Positions 38,020 through 52,069 of a DNA stretch of 64,000 nt are shown piece after piece. The stretch comes from Vicugna vicugna. Lineage: Eukaryota. Positions within the stretch are counted from its first letter, which is position 1. Each line of letters begins with the position of its first letter. Location: assembly GCA_013265495.1 (NCBI GenBank), contig MU059052.1:7136718-7200717 (forward strand), given 5' to 3'. The notes beneath the pieces were generated by a model. That model made no database searches, was not told the origin of the DNA, and saw nothing but the letters and a program-made list of their open reading frames with translations. The position numbers and the translations under genes were made by a program.

Positions 38020-38240
38020 CTTTTCATATAGGAGAGGGGCTTTGCCCCCCAGGGATCCTTGTCCATGTCTAGAGACAGTTTCTGTTGTCACAGTTCAGGA
38101 GAGAGAGGCGTCTGCTACTGGCATCTAGGGGATGGAGCCCAGAGATGTTGCTAAACATCTTATGCACTAGATAACTTCCACAAAGCAAAGAATTGTACCT
38201 CCCTGAATAGGAATCACACCAAGGTGGAGAAATCCTGGCT
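38020..38240 (+). mobile_element. MER20 hAT-Charlie element
   Basis: tttgccccccaggga...gtctagagacagtttctgttgtcaca...gctactggcatctag...gttgctaaacatc...aaagaattg...aaggtggagaaatcctg. Confidence 0.85.
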
Positions 38241-38656
38241 TAGATAAAGACATAACAGATAACTCCCAGTGTGAATACTGTTTTTCTAAGAACAGAAGGA
38301 GATGATAGGTTAACAGATGAGGAAAGGTCCACGTAGAAAATTAGTTTCTAGTTTCAACAGTCCTGTACAAGAATAGCTGGCTAGTGAGACCCATTTAATA
38401 AACACATTTGAACTACAGGGATGATTGTGACAATGATGCATGGTCTAGTGTCCTCTTATGAAGCCAACTTGTCGTGCATTTGTGGATTTTCTTTTACTTC
38501 TTTTTTTTGTTTGAGTTTTTCTTTTTATTTTTTTCAGCCTCAGCAGGATTGACTTTGAAATAAAACCCAACATGTTTTCCAGTTGATTTTGATTGAAAGG
38601 AAACCTTGGGTAGAGTGCCTCAGGGTATAGTGGCTGTGGCTATTTATCTTTATCCT

Positions 38657-38820
38657 NNNNNNNNNNNNNNNNNNNNNNNNNNNNNNNNNNNNNNNNNNNN
38701 NNNNNNNNNNNNNNNNNNNNNNNNNNNNNNNNNNNNNNNNNNNNNNNNNNNNNNNNNNNNNNNNNNNNNNNNNNNNNNNNNNNNNNNNNNNNNNNNNNNN
38801 NNNNNNNNNNNNNNNNNNNN
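38657..38820. other. N block (164 nt), content unknown
   Basis: Run of N. Plus-strand pyrimidine tract on the left, ACG|GTAAGA 8 nt to the right. Confidence 0.95.
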
Positions 38821-40534
38821 TTGTCACGGTAAGAAAAGCCTGGTCACTAAGTTTAGCAGGAAACTCTGGAGTCACTTTATTGTCCTGTACTGGGATGGCA
38901 CACAGTAGTGGCTGTCATGTATAACAGGAGATTAATATGCCCTGTGAAATAAAAGGCCACCCATGTAGAACCAGTGTGAACAGTAGTGATAGCAAAGCTT
39001 GGTTCATTTCTTTAGAAAGGCTGAACACAATCCTTTCTTGACAATGTCTCAGCATTTGTGAACTGAGAAGAAATTTAGTTAAAATGTCATTTAAACAATT
39101 ATTTTTTGAATTTCTTATCTTGCTTGTTCTTTAGTTTCTCTAAAATCTTAAACGGATGCAAAAATATGAACTGAGAACATTATGAAAATATAACCACATC
39201 CACATGCTCTCCTCCTCACACAAACACACAATCACTAACATGCTAAGAAAGTGGAAATCCATAAACCAACTGTATGGAGAGCTCAATCGTTGATTATTTT
39301 TTCCTACAAATGCAGTACAATACTAATCTCTCTAAAGGATTAAGAAATGACCATGGAGAAGAGCAAATTGTTTCAGCATTAAGAAAGAAAAAGTACAATG
39401 GTTATGGTATGTGATACTACAGTATTGTGTATTTTTCACTCTTTGTAGCTTGTACTCTGTAAGGTTTGTTGAAGACAATGGCTTCAGCTTCCTAGCCATC
39501 TTGAATCAATATGACTCCTCTTAAAGGGAAGCAACCCAGGCGCCACTCAATCCTGCCCTCAGCCACTGAAGGAAAATTCTTTCAAAATTGCTTCAGGACT
39601 TCCCAGTTACAAGACTCAAAGCCTTTGGACTTGTCATCACCACTAACTGCTGTAACTCCACCAACTAGGAGGCATATGGGATCCTGTGAATCTTATCTCC
39701 AACCATCTGTATAGAACTCTTTCCAATGTGCATTTTCTCACAGATCTGACAAACATTTCAAGTTAGAGCACTTAGAACATCAGGCCTCCTAGCCAACTCT
39801 GGCCGCTTGGTTAGGTGTAGAGTAGGGAATTCTGGAATCCAAATAATCCAAATAATCTCAAGTAAGTTCAATCATCTCAAATAAATTCAAGTTTAAAGAT
39901 CAGCCAAGGAGACTTACAGTATAACTTCCAAGACCCATGACGAAAGTTGTGGATTGGTAAAATTGTGTTCAAAAGACGCCAGGAGAACTCAGGAACACAC
40001 CTTTTTGAGTGCTGAACAATTAACCCAGGGGCTGACATCATCTGTACACAGTTCAGCTTCTTCAATCCACCAGTTTCAAGGAAAGCCATCACGACCACAG
40101 TCCTTAAATCTGTCACCTTTAGCTACTTCTCTAGATGCAAAACCCATGACTAGCTATCATCTCATGTACAGATCAAACCTCTTCCACAGCTGCTTAATGT
40201 CCTTCTTTCCAGTGACTATTCCCACTGACCGTTCTGAAATTATCAGTTCATTAAAACCAAACTCCCCTATCTTCCAAGCCTCTTCCTTCCATCCATCCAC
40301 ACTTTTGTAAATTGAAAAGTTAGCTCTAAATCAAAGACAGCACTTTCTCTGAAGCCCTCTTCAGCATAGACTGATTACTGCCTCAAAATCGACAGTGTGG
40401 TAAAGACAATCTCCTACCTCACCTAGCCTGCTACTACTCATGAATTCCCCCACACTTCACAAATCTGTAAATTTTGATCAATGTATATAATTTACATTTT
40501 GTTTTTGAATTTTTTTTTTGTTTGCATGTTTGTT

Positions 40535-40730
40535 CAGAGTAACAGTCTCTGTGAGGCTTTTGAGAGATGTCAGGCATTTGGGGTTAGAGCAGGGTACCAC
40601 TCTCAATCCTTTGTAGAATTAATGTGTGTTAAGTGCCTGGCATATATGAAATCTCAGTCTAGGTATTGAACATGTAGTGGAAACAAAACAGAAAAAAATT
40701 TCCTGACCTCATGTAGCTTATATTCTCATG
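40535..40730. mobile_element. MIR 3' half (+) abutting an L2 3' end (-)
   Basis: ccttgtagaattaatgtgtgttaagtgcctggcata then aaacaaaacagaaaaaaatttcctgacctcatgtagcttatattct. Confidence 0.55.
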
Positions 40731-41149
40731 AACTTGATGGGATGTGTCTGACATCCCTCAACTCCCTCTGCCTCTTTCACAGAGACTTGGAACCGAGCAG
40801 GTCAATAAAGAGATCTGCTTATGTTGTACACAGGGAGGAAGAAAGATCAAGGGAAAGTTCTATGATTCTAGACCCTTTCATTAACGTGGTGAGACACAGC
40901 TGTGACAGGACGATTGTGATGTTTTGATCTTAGTCCCATCAAGTTTTCTACCAAAATTTCAGGATTTGAAAATGGGCCAAGAATATACAAAAAGTTGGGA
41001 ACCACTGTTTTAGCCCTCCTTTTTTCACTTATCATGACTTTTTTGGGGAAAAAAATCTTTCTTTAAGGTTTATTTCATAAATCTACTTCTCAACTTGGAT
41101 GAGATGTCCTAGGAGGAGAGAGAGAATATTGGTTGGGAGGATGGCCTTT

Positions 41150-41270
41150 CAAGTCAAACAGCTGGGTGACCTTCAGCCGGGAGGTTAATGTCTCTCTGCC
41201 TTAGTTTCCTCATCTTTAAAAGGGTAACACCAGTGCCTTCTTTTGGGGTTGTAATGAAGGTTAACTGCAG
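41150..41270 (+). mobile_element. MIR SINE core
   Basis: agctgggtgaccttc...ctctctgccttagtttcctcatctttaaaagggtaac...gggttgtaatgaaggttaa. Confidence 0.75.
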
Positions 41271-41379
41271 TAATCCATATCCAGGTGGTAATAATTCTGC
41301 CCAGCCTATAGAAAGTTCTCACTACAGGGAAAAGGGCTTGATTTTCCCCTCCCCCTGTATCTCCCTTCATCAGTACTTT

Positions 41380-41740
41380 CCATCTTAACCAAGGCAGCAC
41401 AATACACTTGGTTGCTCAGGTCAGAAACGTTAAGTCATCCTTGACTCTTTTATTTTTCTTCAGCTCTCACTTCCAATCCTTCAGCAGGACTCACAGCCTA
41501 CCTTCGAATGGGTTCCCCATCTGAGCATTTCTCCCATTGCTGCCATCACACTATCACTGATAAGCTCTTAAGAAATGATATGCCCTTACAATCAATTATA
41601 TCACACAATATTCAGAGCAGTATTTTTAAAATATAAATTAAATTGCATCACTCCCTTTAAAACCTTACAATTTGTTTCCAGTTACACTGAGGATGAAACT
41701 TTAACTCTTTGTCAGAGCTTTCTTTCTTCTAAAATGTCAT
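41380..41740 (+). mobile_element. L2 LINE fragment
   Basis: cacttggttgctcaggtcagaaac...gtcatccttgactc...ccaatccttcagcagg...catcactccctttaaaaccttacaat. Confidence 0.7.
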
Positions 41741-42084
41741 CGCTTTATGTCTTTAATCAAGGATCTATTAGTGGTCAACTCTTGTTCTGCAAATCTTCTC
41801 TTTGAACTGAGTATTCTGTAGTTTCACTGTGATGTGTATTTATTTCCATCTATCTTCCTGGGGAAAGATATGCCTCTCAAATCTGAGAAATCACATATTT
41901 AACTGGAGGAAAAATTTCTGTCATCTCTATATAAGGACAGTGCTGATACCTCTTTTCCAATGTATTTCCTCCTTCAGGAAGTGCATTTATGCATAGACTG
42001 GACTTTTTGTTTTGCATTCTCGTCCCTTAACTTCTCCTGGACAGTTTTTCTCTCTTTATCACTCTATGCTGCACTTTAATTTAC

Positions 42085-43000
42085 TAAAAAAAATTGTTTA
42101 GTTTACTATGTTTTCTCACTTGCATCCAATCTATTGTTAACATATACACTGAACTTTTAAATTCGTATAACTGTTTTTGTTCTCTCTAGAAATTCCAGTT
42201 GGTTATTTTAAATATCTGTCTATTCTGTATTGATAATGTATTATTCTTTTCTTATGGTTTTGAATATTTTTAAGACTGTATCTATTTTTAACTCATTTTT
42301 TGTATATTTTCCCAATACTTCTATTAAGTTCTTGAGAGTCTAACTCTACTGTGGGATATGTCTGCTGTTTCATCCTCTGATGTTCTGTAATTTCAGGTTG
42401 TGAGTATATATGCAACAGAGTGTTTGTGATATAAAGCCACATTCCTCCGACAAGTATTCTGGTTGCTTCTGCTATCTGCTGTAGGGTTCAGTAGGACCCT
42501 GGTGCACTTTTTATGTAAACTTGTTAGCTTAGGAGTTTGGAGACACACAGGTAATGCAAAATTCAACCCAATGTTATGAGAAGTACAGTTCCAATGCTAC
42601 ATTCTCTGGGCAATATTCTGTCCCACTCTGGAGCACAGGTTGAAACTGAGAGAACTGCTATTATCTCCCTGTACTGATGATTATTTCCCCCCAATTTATT
42701 ATTTTATTAGGCATACAGAGCTTTCAACCTGGGGGTTTAGTGTGAGGGGCCTTTGTCATAATATTGACTTCTGCAGGTCCAAGGTCCCATTGCCTGTTCT
42801 TTTCTGGACGTAAACACTCTGGCTTCTGGGTTATCAAGTTCAGGATTCTCTCCAAAGACATCACAATATTGGCTCTAGTTTGCTGTTCCCTCTCAATTTT
42901 GGTTTTTTTGAGATTTTCCTTTCTTTCTTTTGTTATTTCCAGCCATGGCTTTTTTCTTTTTAAGTTTATAATAGGCTACCTAGCTTCCAGGGGCATTTTG
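42085..43000 (-). mobile_element. Old L1M (L1ME-like) 5'/ORF1 fragment
   Basis: ccaatctattgttaacatatacactgaacttttaaatt...ctagaaattccagttggtta; T-rich antisense L1 texture. Confidence 0.6.
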
Positions 43001-45109
43001 TAATGGAAGGTTTTGCATGGCACAGGTAGTATTTCAAAGGTTTGCTTTGTTCATGGATATTCTTACTTACATTTTCCACATCTACTCCATTCACCATAAA
43101 TTGTTATTTCACTAATTTTATATACTCTGATCTCAGAAGGCAGCTGAGTTTGTGTCTACCATTATATATTCCTCTGTCTTAACCATTTTTCTCTGTCTTT
43201 ACTGTTTTCCATATTAAAAAAATCCTTATTTGGTTTTTCCTTCTTTTTTCCTTTTCTTGAGCATATTATTTATTAAAGCATAAGTAAAAGATGATTTGTA
43301 CCCTGTTCAAATGAGGCCAATGTTTTCAATTTTACTTCCTGTGTTTTATAACTTTATTCTCATTAAGTAGATAATCTGTAACTTATAATTTCAGTATACC
43401 CTGGAGTGTTTATAGCTATTCTTATTTGTAGTTTAGTCAAAATAAAGGATAGCATGAGGTCAAGATTTAATAAGTTCAGTATCTGAACTGTTTCACATGT
43501 TATAGCTCATAAATCTGTATCCTATAGCAGGACTATTCTGTTCTTTTGATTGGAGTTTCTTGGGGACAAGAATATAGTTTTTATTAGAGTAATTAATGAG
43601 ATCCTTATAACTTATGGACACTCAAAATGATTTATATTTAAACTAGCCTTTTTGTACAGAAATATAAAATGCTGGTCTTACTGAACTGTGTGCTACACCA
43701 GGCTCCAGATCTACAGACCAGCCCTCCATGATCGTTATTGGCTCAGTTTGCTGCCATCTCTTACTTCATTTTCCCTTTACTCGTTACATTGCAGTATATG
43801 ACTTTTTGAGTTTACATATTTGAGAGATTTTATGTTCTGTCTTCCCTTAAAAGACACAAAGACTGTAGTTAAAAACTATGAATCAAAAATTACATATTGA
43901 ACAGTATACTCAAACATTAAGCACTAATTACAATAATGAGATGTATCTGCAATATATCCATTCACATATGAATAGAGCCAATTCCACTTGCTTCAAGCCC
44001 ATGTGACACCTCGCTTTTCAGCATGAGAAAACTGATGCTCACAGGCCTCAGGTAACGGGACATTGCCCAGGATTTTCAACTGGTGAAGCTAATTAATACT
44101 CAAAACCTATATATCTAACTCTAGTTTCAGTGGTTCTCTCACTCTTATTTTTTTTCCATGCTGTCTCCTTATGTGGAAGCCATTGCGATTTATGCACTAT
44201 GGGTGAGACTAAGAAATATCAGACTGCTTTTGTTAAAAGGAGTTTACTGTCTCGTTGTAATACTAGTTGAGCTGATGAAGACTTAAACTACAATCTATGT
44301 CAAATATGGGACAGTATGAAGATCAAATCAGAAATACAGACAATGAGTGCTTGCTTATGCAAATCAGTGAAATCAGGGGATAAGCAGAAAATATCTCATA
44401 GTAGAGGTGGGATCAAGGCCACACACTGAAGGATGAATAGGTTCTGAGTACACAAGTAAGATGGAGGATAGCGTAATTTGGAGAAGCAAGTGTGCAAGAC
44501 CCGGAAGGCAAAGGAATAGTTTGGAAACAATGAGTCCATGCAATTGCGGTGTAAAGTGTGCCAGCGAATAATACCTGATTACATGCCATCAGTTCTGCCT
44601 CATGTTTGCCCACATGATCCCTGAGGTCTAAATGGTGTTACTGGGATGGTCACCATGCTCACAGGATAGCTTATCCTGTACAATCAAACAGCTGAACCCA
44701 GCAAATTTGAAATAACCAGAAGAAAGTTAGGACTATGACGGCGTGCAAAAAGTTTCTTATTTAGTTAGAGGACAAGAAACGTGCCATTTTCATACTGCGT
44801 ATTATCTGTGGGATTTTTAATTTTTCTTTATGCCTTAAGAAAACCGGCGGCATTTGACACTAAGAAGCAAAGGGGCCGTTTACAACACCCAATCTACGGA
44901 CCAGGTTATTATGGCAGACACCTCTCGGGGCTTGTGTACAAGATTAGCAGGTGATCACATCCAAGTCCTACGAAATGCACTTTTGCGAATACATTTAGAG
45001 TCAGAATTAAACCCCCGTTGCCACAATAGGCTGTGCCTATTTCACATCACATAAACGTGATTAATACAAAGAAATTGAAAATGTCAACATAAGAGTCAAA
45101 ACTCACACT

Positions 45110-45460
45110 TACAGCTTTTTGCTACTCTGAGATGACATCTGAAAACGAGCAGTTTGGTTGAGAATTTTTCCATTAACATTGCTGACCAGCATGTGCTATC
45201 AATTCTCTATTGACTTCAATTATTAGCAGTGGCTCTAAATTTTCCATTAACTTTAATGATTGGCATTGGGCTAAGAAATTTTAGTGCTTTCAATGCCCAG
45301 TATTTGCTACAAACTCTCCTCCTAATTCGTTGGTCACTCTTCGCTATGATGTTGCTTTACGTTCTATTTGCTATTATTTTACCCTTATTTTTAATGGTGT
45401 GCTAAAAATCTAAATTCTTGCCAAAGAACAGTATTCAGCATTTGCTACGGAGTCCTCATT
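45110..45460. repeat. MER121-like ancient conserved repeat
   Basis: gcatgtgctatcaattctctattgacttcaattattagc...ttccattaactttaatgattggcattgggctaagaaattttagtgctttcaatgcccagtatttgctac...gttgctttacgttctatttgctatt matches my recollection of MER121; not verified. Confidence 0.5.
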
Positions 45461-47171
45461 TTTTGTTGTTACAATTATTTAAATATAAGCCAAATGAGTT
45501 AGAACATACAAAACAAAGGAATTCTAAATGTGAGACACGTGTAATGGAAGATATTTAAAAACTCATGAGGTTAGAGTCTTGTAGTATTTTTGATAATCAA
45601 AATTTCAGCTCCTAGTTTTAAATGCTTTATTTACTAAACATCAGCTACGGAGCAATGATTTATGTTCAGTGAGTTGGGAGACAGACTTATAAGTTATTTC
45701 ACTATCTGTTTATTCCCCAGGGTAGGAGATAGAATTGCAGTGGAGTGAAAGATGAACAATCTTCTCTTGGACTCGTTTGGTTTTTATGCTTTTATACCAA
45801 TAGTAAATTAAAGGCCCCAAATGGTGATTTCCTCAATGGGCAACTCTCACAGATTTTTTTAAGCAAAAGAATAAGTCATAATATATGGGGAAAAAATCTA
45901 TTTCCTTATAGTCTGGTAGAAGTAAGAGATCATTCTAAACATGAGTAGTATTTTAAAACAACTCCAGGAAAAATAACTTAAAAAGTTGTAATTGCCATTC
46001 GTGACTCTCCACTCCCATCAACCTTGCCCCAAATAGCCTTCTCCACTAGCATGGAGCACTTCTCTATTTATTGGTCCTTAGTATGTACAGCCAGCTCCCT
46101 TGCAGACTCCTCTTTCCCCTCTTTGCATGAAGGCCAGCTCTTCTGAGTGGGCTGTGGCATTTCTTCCTCTCTCTGCAGAAGCAACATTTTTTTCTTTGTT
46201 TTGATGTGTTGTGTCATCTGAGAGCTGTAAAGGGTATCAACTGACTGATGTGCTGGGAGGTACGGTAGGCAGAGCTTCTGGTTTGTTTTTGTTTTTTGTT
46301 TTTTTGTCCCTGAGAGGTATTTATAGCACCTAACTCTAACAACCAATGGTCAATTCATTTTTTTTTTTTTAATGTTTGTGGGTGAGATAATCTCTTTCTT
46401 CTGCCAATTTGACTTTGACTTTTGAAGCAGAGTAGTGTGAGGACTGAGGGGCTTGGAGAAATGTCATTAAAACTATATTGGATCTTGGTTTAGATATTAT
46501 AAGCTGCTGAGATTTGAACTGGGGTAAGGAGGGGCTCAAGATTGGAGTTATTTCTTATTTTATATTCAAAAATACACTATTATTTGCAAAATTTTGTTGC
46601 AAAATTTAGAAAACATTTGACTGTATTACTCTGATTTACATTTGTAAAGACATTTGCATTCTTTAAGAGTTAATAAGCTGTCTTATCCTATGCCTTAACT
46701 ATATATATTTTTTCCAATCTGGATCTCATCAACTTTTCTTCTCCTGATTGGGAATTTCAGTTTTAAAGTCTATGTTGAGCTTAGTGTCACCTTGCAAATG
46801 ACATTTTCCTAAGTTGCAGCTAAATGTAATAGATTTTATAAAATCATAAGTCAATGCTGTATGTGGTTTTATCACTTAATAATGCATTCCATTATAAAAA
46901 CATTCTAAGTAAAACTTTCTAAACTTTGAACTTGATCTTGCACTCTGTCTTACTCTACTTTTTAATAGTATGCTTACCAATCAGTCATCTTCCTCATAAA
47001 CCAGTTCTGAAACAATCCAGAAAGACACTCACAGTCATGATATAATAGCACCTTTGTCAGGGAACTCGGGCTCCCACTTCTTTAATGCACATTTCATAAG
47101 CATTTGGGGGGCACTAAGTTGTTAGTTTTATGTTTTCTGCTTTAAAAGAACCAGAAGGTGAAGAAGATTAC

Positions 47172-47311
47172 NNNNNNNNNNNNNNNNNNNNNNNNNNNNN
47201 NNNNNNNNNNNNNNNNNNNNNNNNNNNNNNNNNNNNNNNNNNNNNNNNNNNNNNNNNNNNNNNNNNNNNNNNNNNNNNNNNNNNNNNNNNNNNNNNNNNN
47301 NNNNNNNNNNN
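47172..47311. other. N block (140 nt), content unknown
   Basis: Run of N. Confidence 0.95.
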
Positions 47312-50300
47312 TATTTTCAAATCTGACTGCCTCATATGAGTGCAGCAAATCCTGCAGACTTGTTAGTACACCACTGTGAAAATCTTTACATAGTGTGAAC
47401 TTTCTTTGTGAGCTCAGTTTCAAGCCAAAGAAAACCAGAACAACCTACTTGTATTCTTCCCTTGTTCTGCTGTGTCTGAGAAGAGCTTCTGTGGAAATAT
47501 AGGAGCGAATATGGGATTTATGTCCTCAGTTCACTTGAGGGAAGTGGAGTTGGGAGGAAGTAGAATTCCTACCTCATTAGTTTTATCATCATATCAGAAT
47601 TGTTTTGGTTCTTGTTTGGCAACTACTGATAAGTAGTTCAGTTCCAGGAGCTGCTGTTTTATAGTTCTGTCAAGATTTATCATTGGTCAGTCTAATGTGT
47701 GAGATGCCAAGCTCCGTGACGGTAGAGAGCTGGACAGTCAGATGACCTTGGATGTCCTGATCTAGTCCCAACTGCGGTTTTCATTCACTTCCCTCTTTGG
47801 GCCTTTTGGAAAAAGAAGGAAACAGAAGAGGCCAAAACAAATAAACAAAAATGAGAGTGATCCACAAAGATGACACATGTACTAAAACATCTTTGTGGAA
47901 TATGAGCCACCAAACTCCTCTAGTGGTGTTTAGCTATAGTTGATGGCTTCTGGGCACTTATGCTCAGTTTTGTGTTCAAAGAAATCGACTCAGAATAGTT
48001 CAGTCATGCCTGACTGCCAAGTTGCTTGCTGAAGAGAAGCACAAAGTTATTCTATTTTTGTTTTCATCAGTGTCAATTTAAAATGAAATATTTATGTAAT
48101 TGGTTAAAATTGGAGACATGACTGTGAACACTGGCACCACAGAGATACTTTAATAGGTAACTAATAATTACGATATTCCATTATTTTGAGTAGTTTTTTT
48201 TTTTTAGCTATGAACATGTACTTGTTTGGATTAAAGCTTTTAGTTTTATATTACAAGGCAAGATAGCCTATCTGTATAATAAGTATTTCTTGGATTTCAA
48301 GTATTTTGCATTGTGGTAGTAGCAAACCACACACTTGTATGGGAGATATGGGTTTATTTAAGGTAAAAATCAGTTGTTTTTGAAATATAATTAAAATTCA
48401 AAATATAATTTTGAAATATAATGAACTGAATTCTGACATCTGTGTTTATTAATAGTGTGGCCTTGACACATATTAGTTTTCTATAGTCCTTTACTTTCAA
48501 TATACGCACAGTCAAATCTTCACTAAATGAGCTAAGGGAGGAAATTTGTGACTAACGGGACAAATCATTGGGGGTGATGGATAATTCTGAAATGATGCAT
48601 ATTTGACTTAGATGACAACATACTAACAACACAATATTTATCTCTAGGTCTGATCTAGAAAATCTACTGTATTACTTATGAAATAACAAAACTACTTTGT
48701 AAAAATATAAAAGCCTGCCTTCACCATTTTTACTCGTGTACATGTCCTGCGTGTTTCCCTATGTGGGTCCAGGAAGAAAGCGTGTCACCTCTCAAGTTAA
48801 CACAAATATGAAACTCTTATCCCCCACAAGAAGCTGGTTCCTATCTTTCTTAAGCTGTTCTTTCACTGAATTCTTGTCCTTTACCATCTAACAGATTAGA
48901 GCCAAGTAAGATAGGGTTCAAGCCAACTAAATAATTAAAGAGAACAAGTTACATGGGTGTTTCTTTTCATAAGCATGTGTTAACTTTCAAAGTAAATTTT
49001 TATAGTACTGCTATATAATTTTTCTTTTCAAATTTCCTAGTGATTAATCCAAGTTTTATTTTTAAATAATTGTTACCTATCTAAGAAATATTTTAAAGGG
49101 ATGCTCCCTTTATCTTTATAGATTAAACTCAAGTTAGATGTTTTTAAAGTTCACCACTCCTAATGAACTGCATGTGTTTATAACCTTTTAATAGACTTGG
49201 AGTTCCTTGTGAGATTAGAAAATTAAACTCAAAGTAGGTAGTAATAAATTCAAATCCCAAGGCCTTCTTTCCTACTCTAGGCAATGTTCTTTACTTTCTC
49301 TACCTATTCTGGGATTTATGGATAATAGCCTGGAGTTCAGGATGGACTCCATGTCAGGTGCGCAACATCTGCTTGTTTTGTCTTCAGTAAGTAAAGCCTA
49401 CTGAAGGTAGGCACTGGGTATCATGCCCCTTTTGTAAACCTGAATACACCCAGCACGGGGGATACCTGATAAATTAAGGAATGGAGCAATGCAAGCATAT
49501 TTCTCATCAATTACCTTGATTAACAGTCATTTTGAAAGAAAAGAAAAAAAAAAACCTACTTGCTTGGCCATGTATTTATTTGTTTTTCCCAGAAAATATA
49601 ATTCTCATTTGTGAAAGAATGCTGTTATGTTAACTATTACTTGTTCCATAACTTTTTCTTTTCTTTCCTGTTTTTATTGCTTTTTAAAAAAAAATACAGC
49701 CTTTTGACTCTGTGACTTTTGTCCAGTCTGAAATTTGTGCTAATTAAAGCAGACTTCCTTCAATTCACTTTCAATGATCACAATTACATCCTTGTTAATG
49801 ACATGCACCCTGAGTAACTCAGTGCTGAACAGAATGCACTATAATTGGGAAGGAAATGATTTCCATTGGTATTCCTTGGACCCAGAGCTAGAACTGACAT
49901 TTCGTTATACATGGTGACATGGCCTCTCCTCTGGAGGAGAAATAAAAAGTATTTCCTACAAATAGGCAACAGGCACCTGACCTGTTGGATCAGGTTACAT
50001 CAGGTTATGTTGTGTTACATGACGTGACATGCCCTGAAGTGACCTGAGGCAATGTCACTCTGTGTTAACCCTGGTAGAACAGTGCTGCTCTTTATTAAAC
50101 AACCATGGGAAGCCTCATCAGCTGTGGTCACGAAGCATTTTCATGCCACCTTTGCAAAGAAGCAGAGAATCAGCCATGCTCTGAACTATTCGTCCCAGGA
50201 GTTGTTTAAGGGAATCAAAGAACACAAGAATCACAAGAGTCAGACAAGTTTCCATTGCTTTTAAAAAGTGGAATTAAAATCCTCAGGTACACAAGAGAGC

Positions 50301-50781
50301 CGAGCATTTATGTGACGAGGATCATATGTGGCCAGGGAACAACCTATACTCCGCAATAAAAATGTTCCTTTATACATACTCCCAGTATTTGTAAAATAAT
50401 CACTTAATTTTCAGATTGATTTACCTCATTTTTATGGCAAGTCTGCTCCTAATTACTCTTCTGGTAATTAAAAGTTGTCTTTTAAAACTATACATTGCTT
50501 ATAGTTTATACTTTTATACATTACAAATTAGAAGGTGTCGTAAAATCATGTCTTTAGTCTTACCCTTGGGATGATTTTTTTTTTTATCAAGACAGTGGCT
50601 CTCAGTAAGAAACTGTCTTCAATTATTGCATTATGTGATGTTATGTAAAAGGAATCCATTGTGCATGGTCACTTTTTCTAATGATTTTAATAGTATTTTC
50701 CTATTGATATATCTTGCATATAAATTCAGTTTTAATGATCTGCATAAAGAACTGAAAAATATTACATAGGTACCTCTATCT

Positions 50782-51089
50782 NNNNNNNNNNNNNNNNNNN
50801 NNNNNNNNNNNNNNNNNNNNNNNNNNNNNNNNNNNNNNNNNNNNNNNNNNNNNNNNNNNNNNNNNNNNNNNNNNNNNNNNNNNNNNNNNNNNNNNNNNNN
50901 NNNNNNNNNNNNNNNNNNNNNNNNNNNNNNNNNNNNNNNNNNNNNNNNNNNNNNNNNNNNNNNNNNNNNNNNNNNNNNNNNNNNNNNNNNNNNNNNNNNN
51001 NNNNNNNNNNNNNNNNNNNNNNNNNNNNNNNNNNNNNNNNNNNNNNNNNNNNNNNNNNNNNNNNNNNNNNNNNNNNNNNNNNNNNNNNN
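50782..51089. other. N block (308 nt), content unknown
   Basis: Run of N. Confidence 0.95.
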
Positions 51090-52069
51090 GTCTTATTAGT
51101 CTTATTAGTCACCACTGTTTGACCCACTACTATTAACTGTGTGAGTCACATGAGATGCAAACTAGGCTAGAGCAGCACTGTGCCTGGCCATTTAGAATAA
51201 ACGTAATCAAGATGAAGAACATTTCAGCTGCAAAGACTGAAGGACAATATCTTGTCCTTTGGTTTCCTCTTCATTCAAAGAGAATTATTCATATATTGAG
51301 AATCTCAACTTTCAAAAACATTTGATATTTAGATAATCAAGATTCAAAAGTGTAATGTTCAGCTCCGCTTTATAATCAACACATCCTATGTGTAAGAGGA
51401 AATGCAAAAACAAGGAGTTATTGGTTATAACATTATGGAAATTTAAGATGAAAAGAACAAGTTTAAGTTCTGATAAATTCAAATCATGTACGTTTCTCTT
51501 TTGTGTCATCTTCGTTTACAATTAGTGTGTTTTCCCACTAAGTTAATAATGGGATAGATTAAGAATGGTTGCTATATATAACTAATATTGCTAGGGAGAA
51601 AATTCTAGAAATCATAAAAGAAAGAAGAGGAAAGAAAAACCAATGTCCATCCCCTTAATTTGTCTATTAAGCTGCATCAATGTCAGGGTGGATATTAGAG
51701 CTGCCCTGAGTCCTATTTTCAAGATCTTCTTTTTACCTCCTGCTATTTTTTTCCTACCACCTACATGTTCAATAAATTTACTGTCTGCTAAATTAATAAT
51801 TTGTTATTTTCAATTCAGATTCCCAACTAAACCACATATTCTTTAGTTTACATGGAGAACAAATACTTATCAAAGTATGTGTGTGTGTATATACATATAT
51901 ATAAAATAAGCCAATAAATTATCACCTAAATTAATCAAGCAAACAGAAAACCATCAACCACCAAAGAAAATACTTAAAAATACATGTGATTGTGTAATTG
52001 GGAAAGAAATTAACTCATTCAGAAAATACTTACTATACTTAGGATATTCCAAGTCTTGTTCTGCACAAC

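Noticed and set aside
47148-47339. EPEGEEDY...IFKSDCLI (plus) or DLLHSYEAVRFEN (minus) as coding exon remnants
   Set aside because: Too few readable codons, both strands are equally plausible, and no protein was recognised.
51090-51110. Short tandem duplications (gtcttatta x2 here; also 12692-12714, 39837-39857, 51724-51765)
   Set aside because: Ordinary slippage duplications with only two units and no spacers; not CRISPR-like or otherwise structured.
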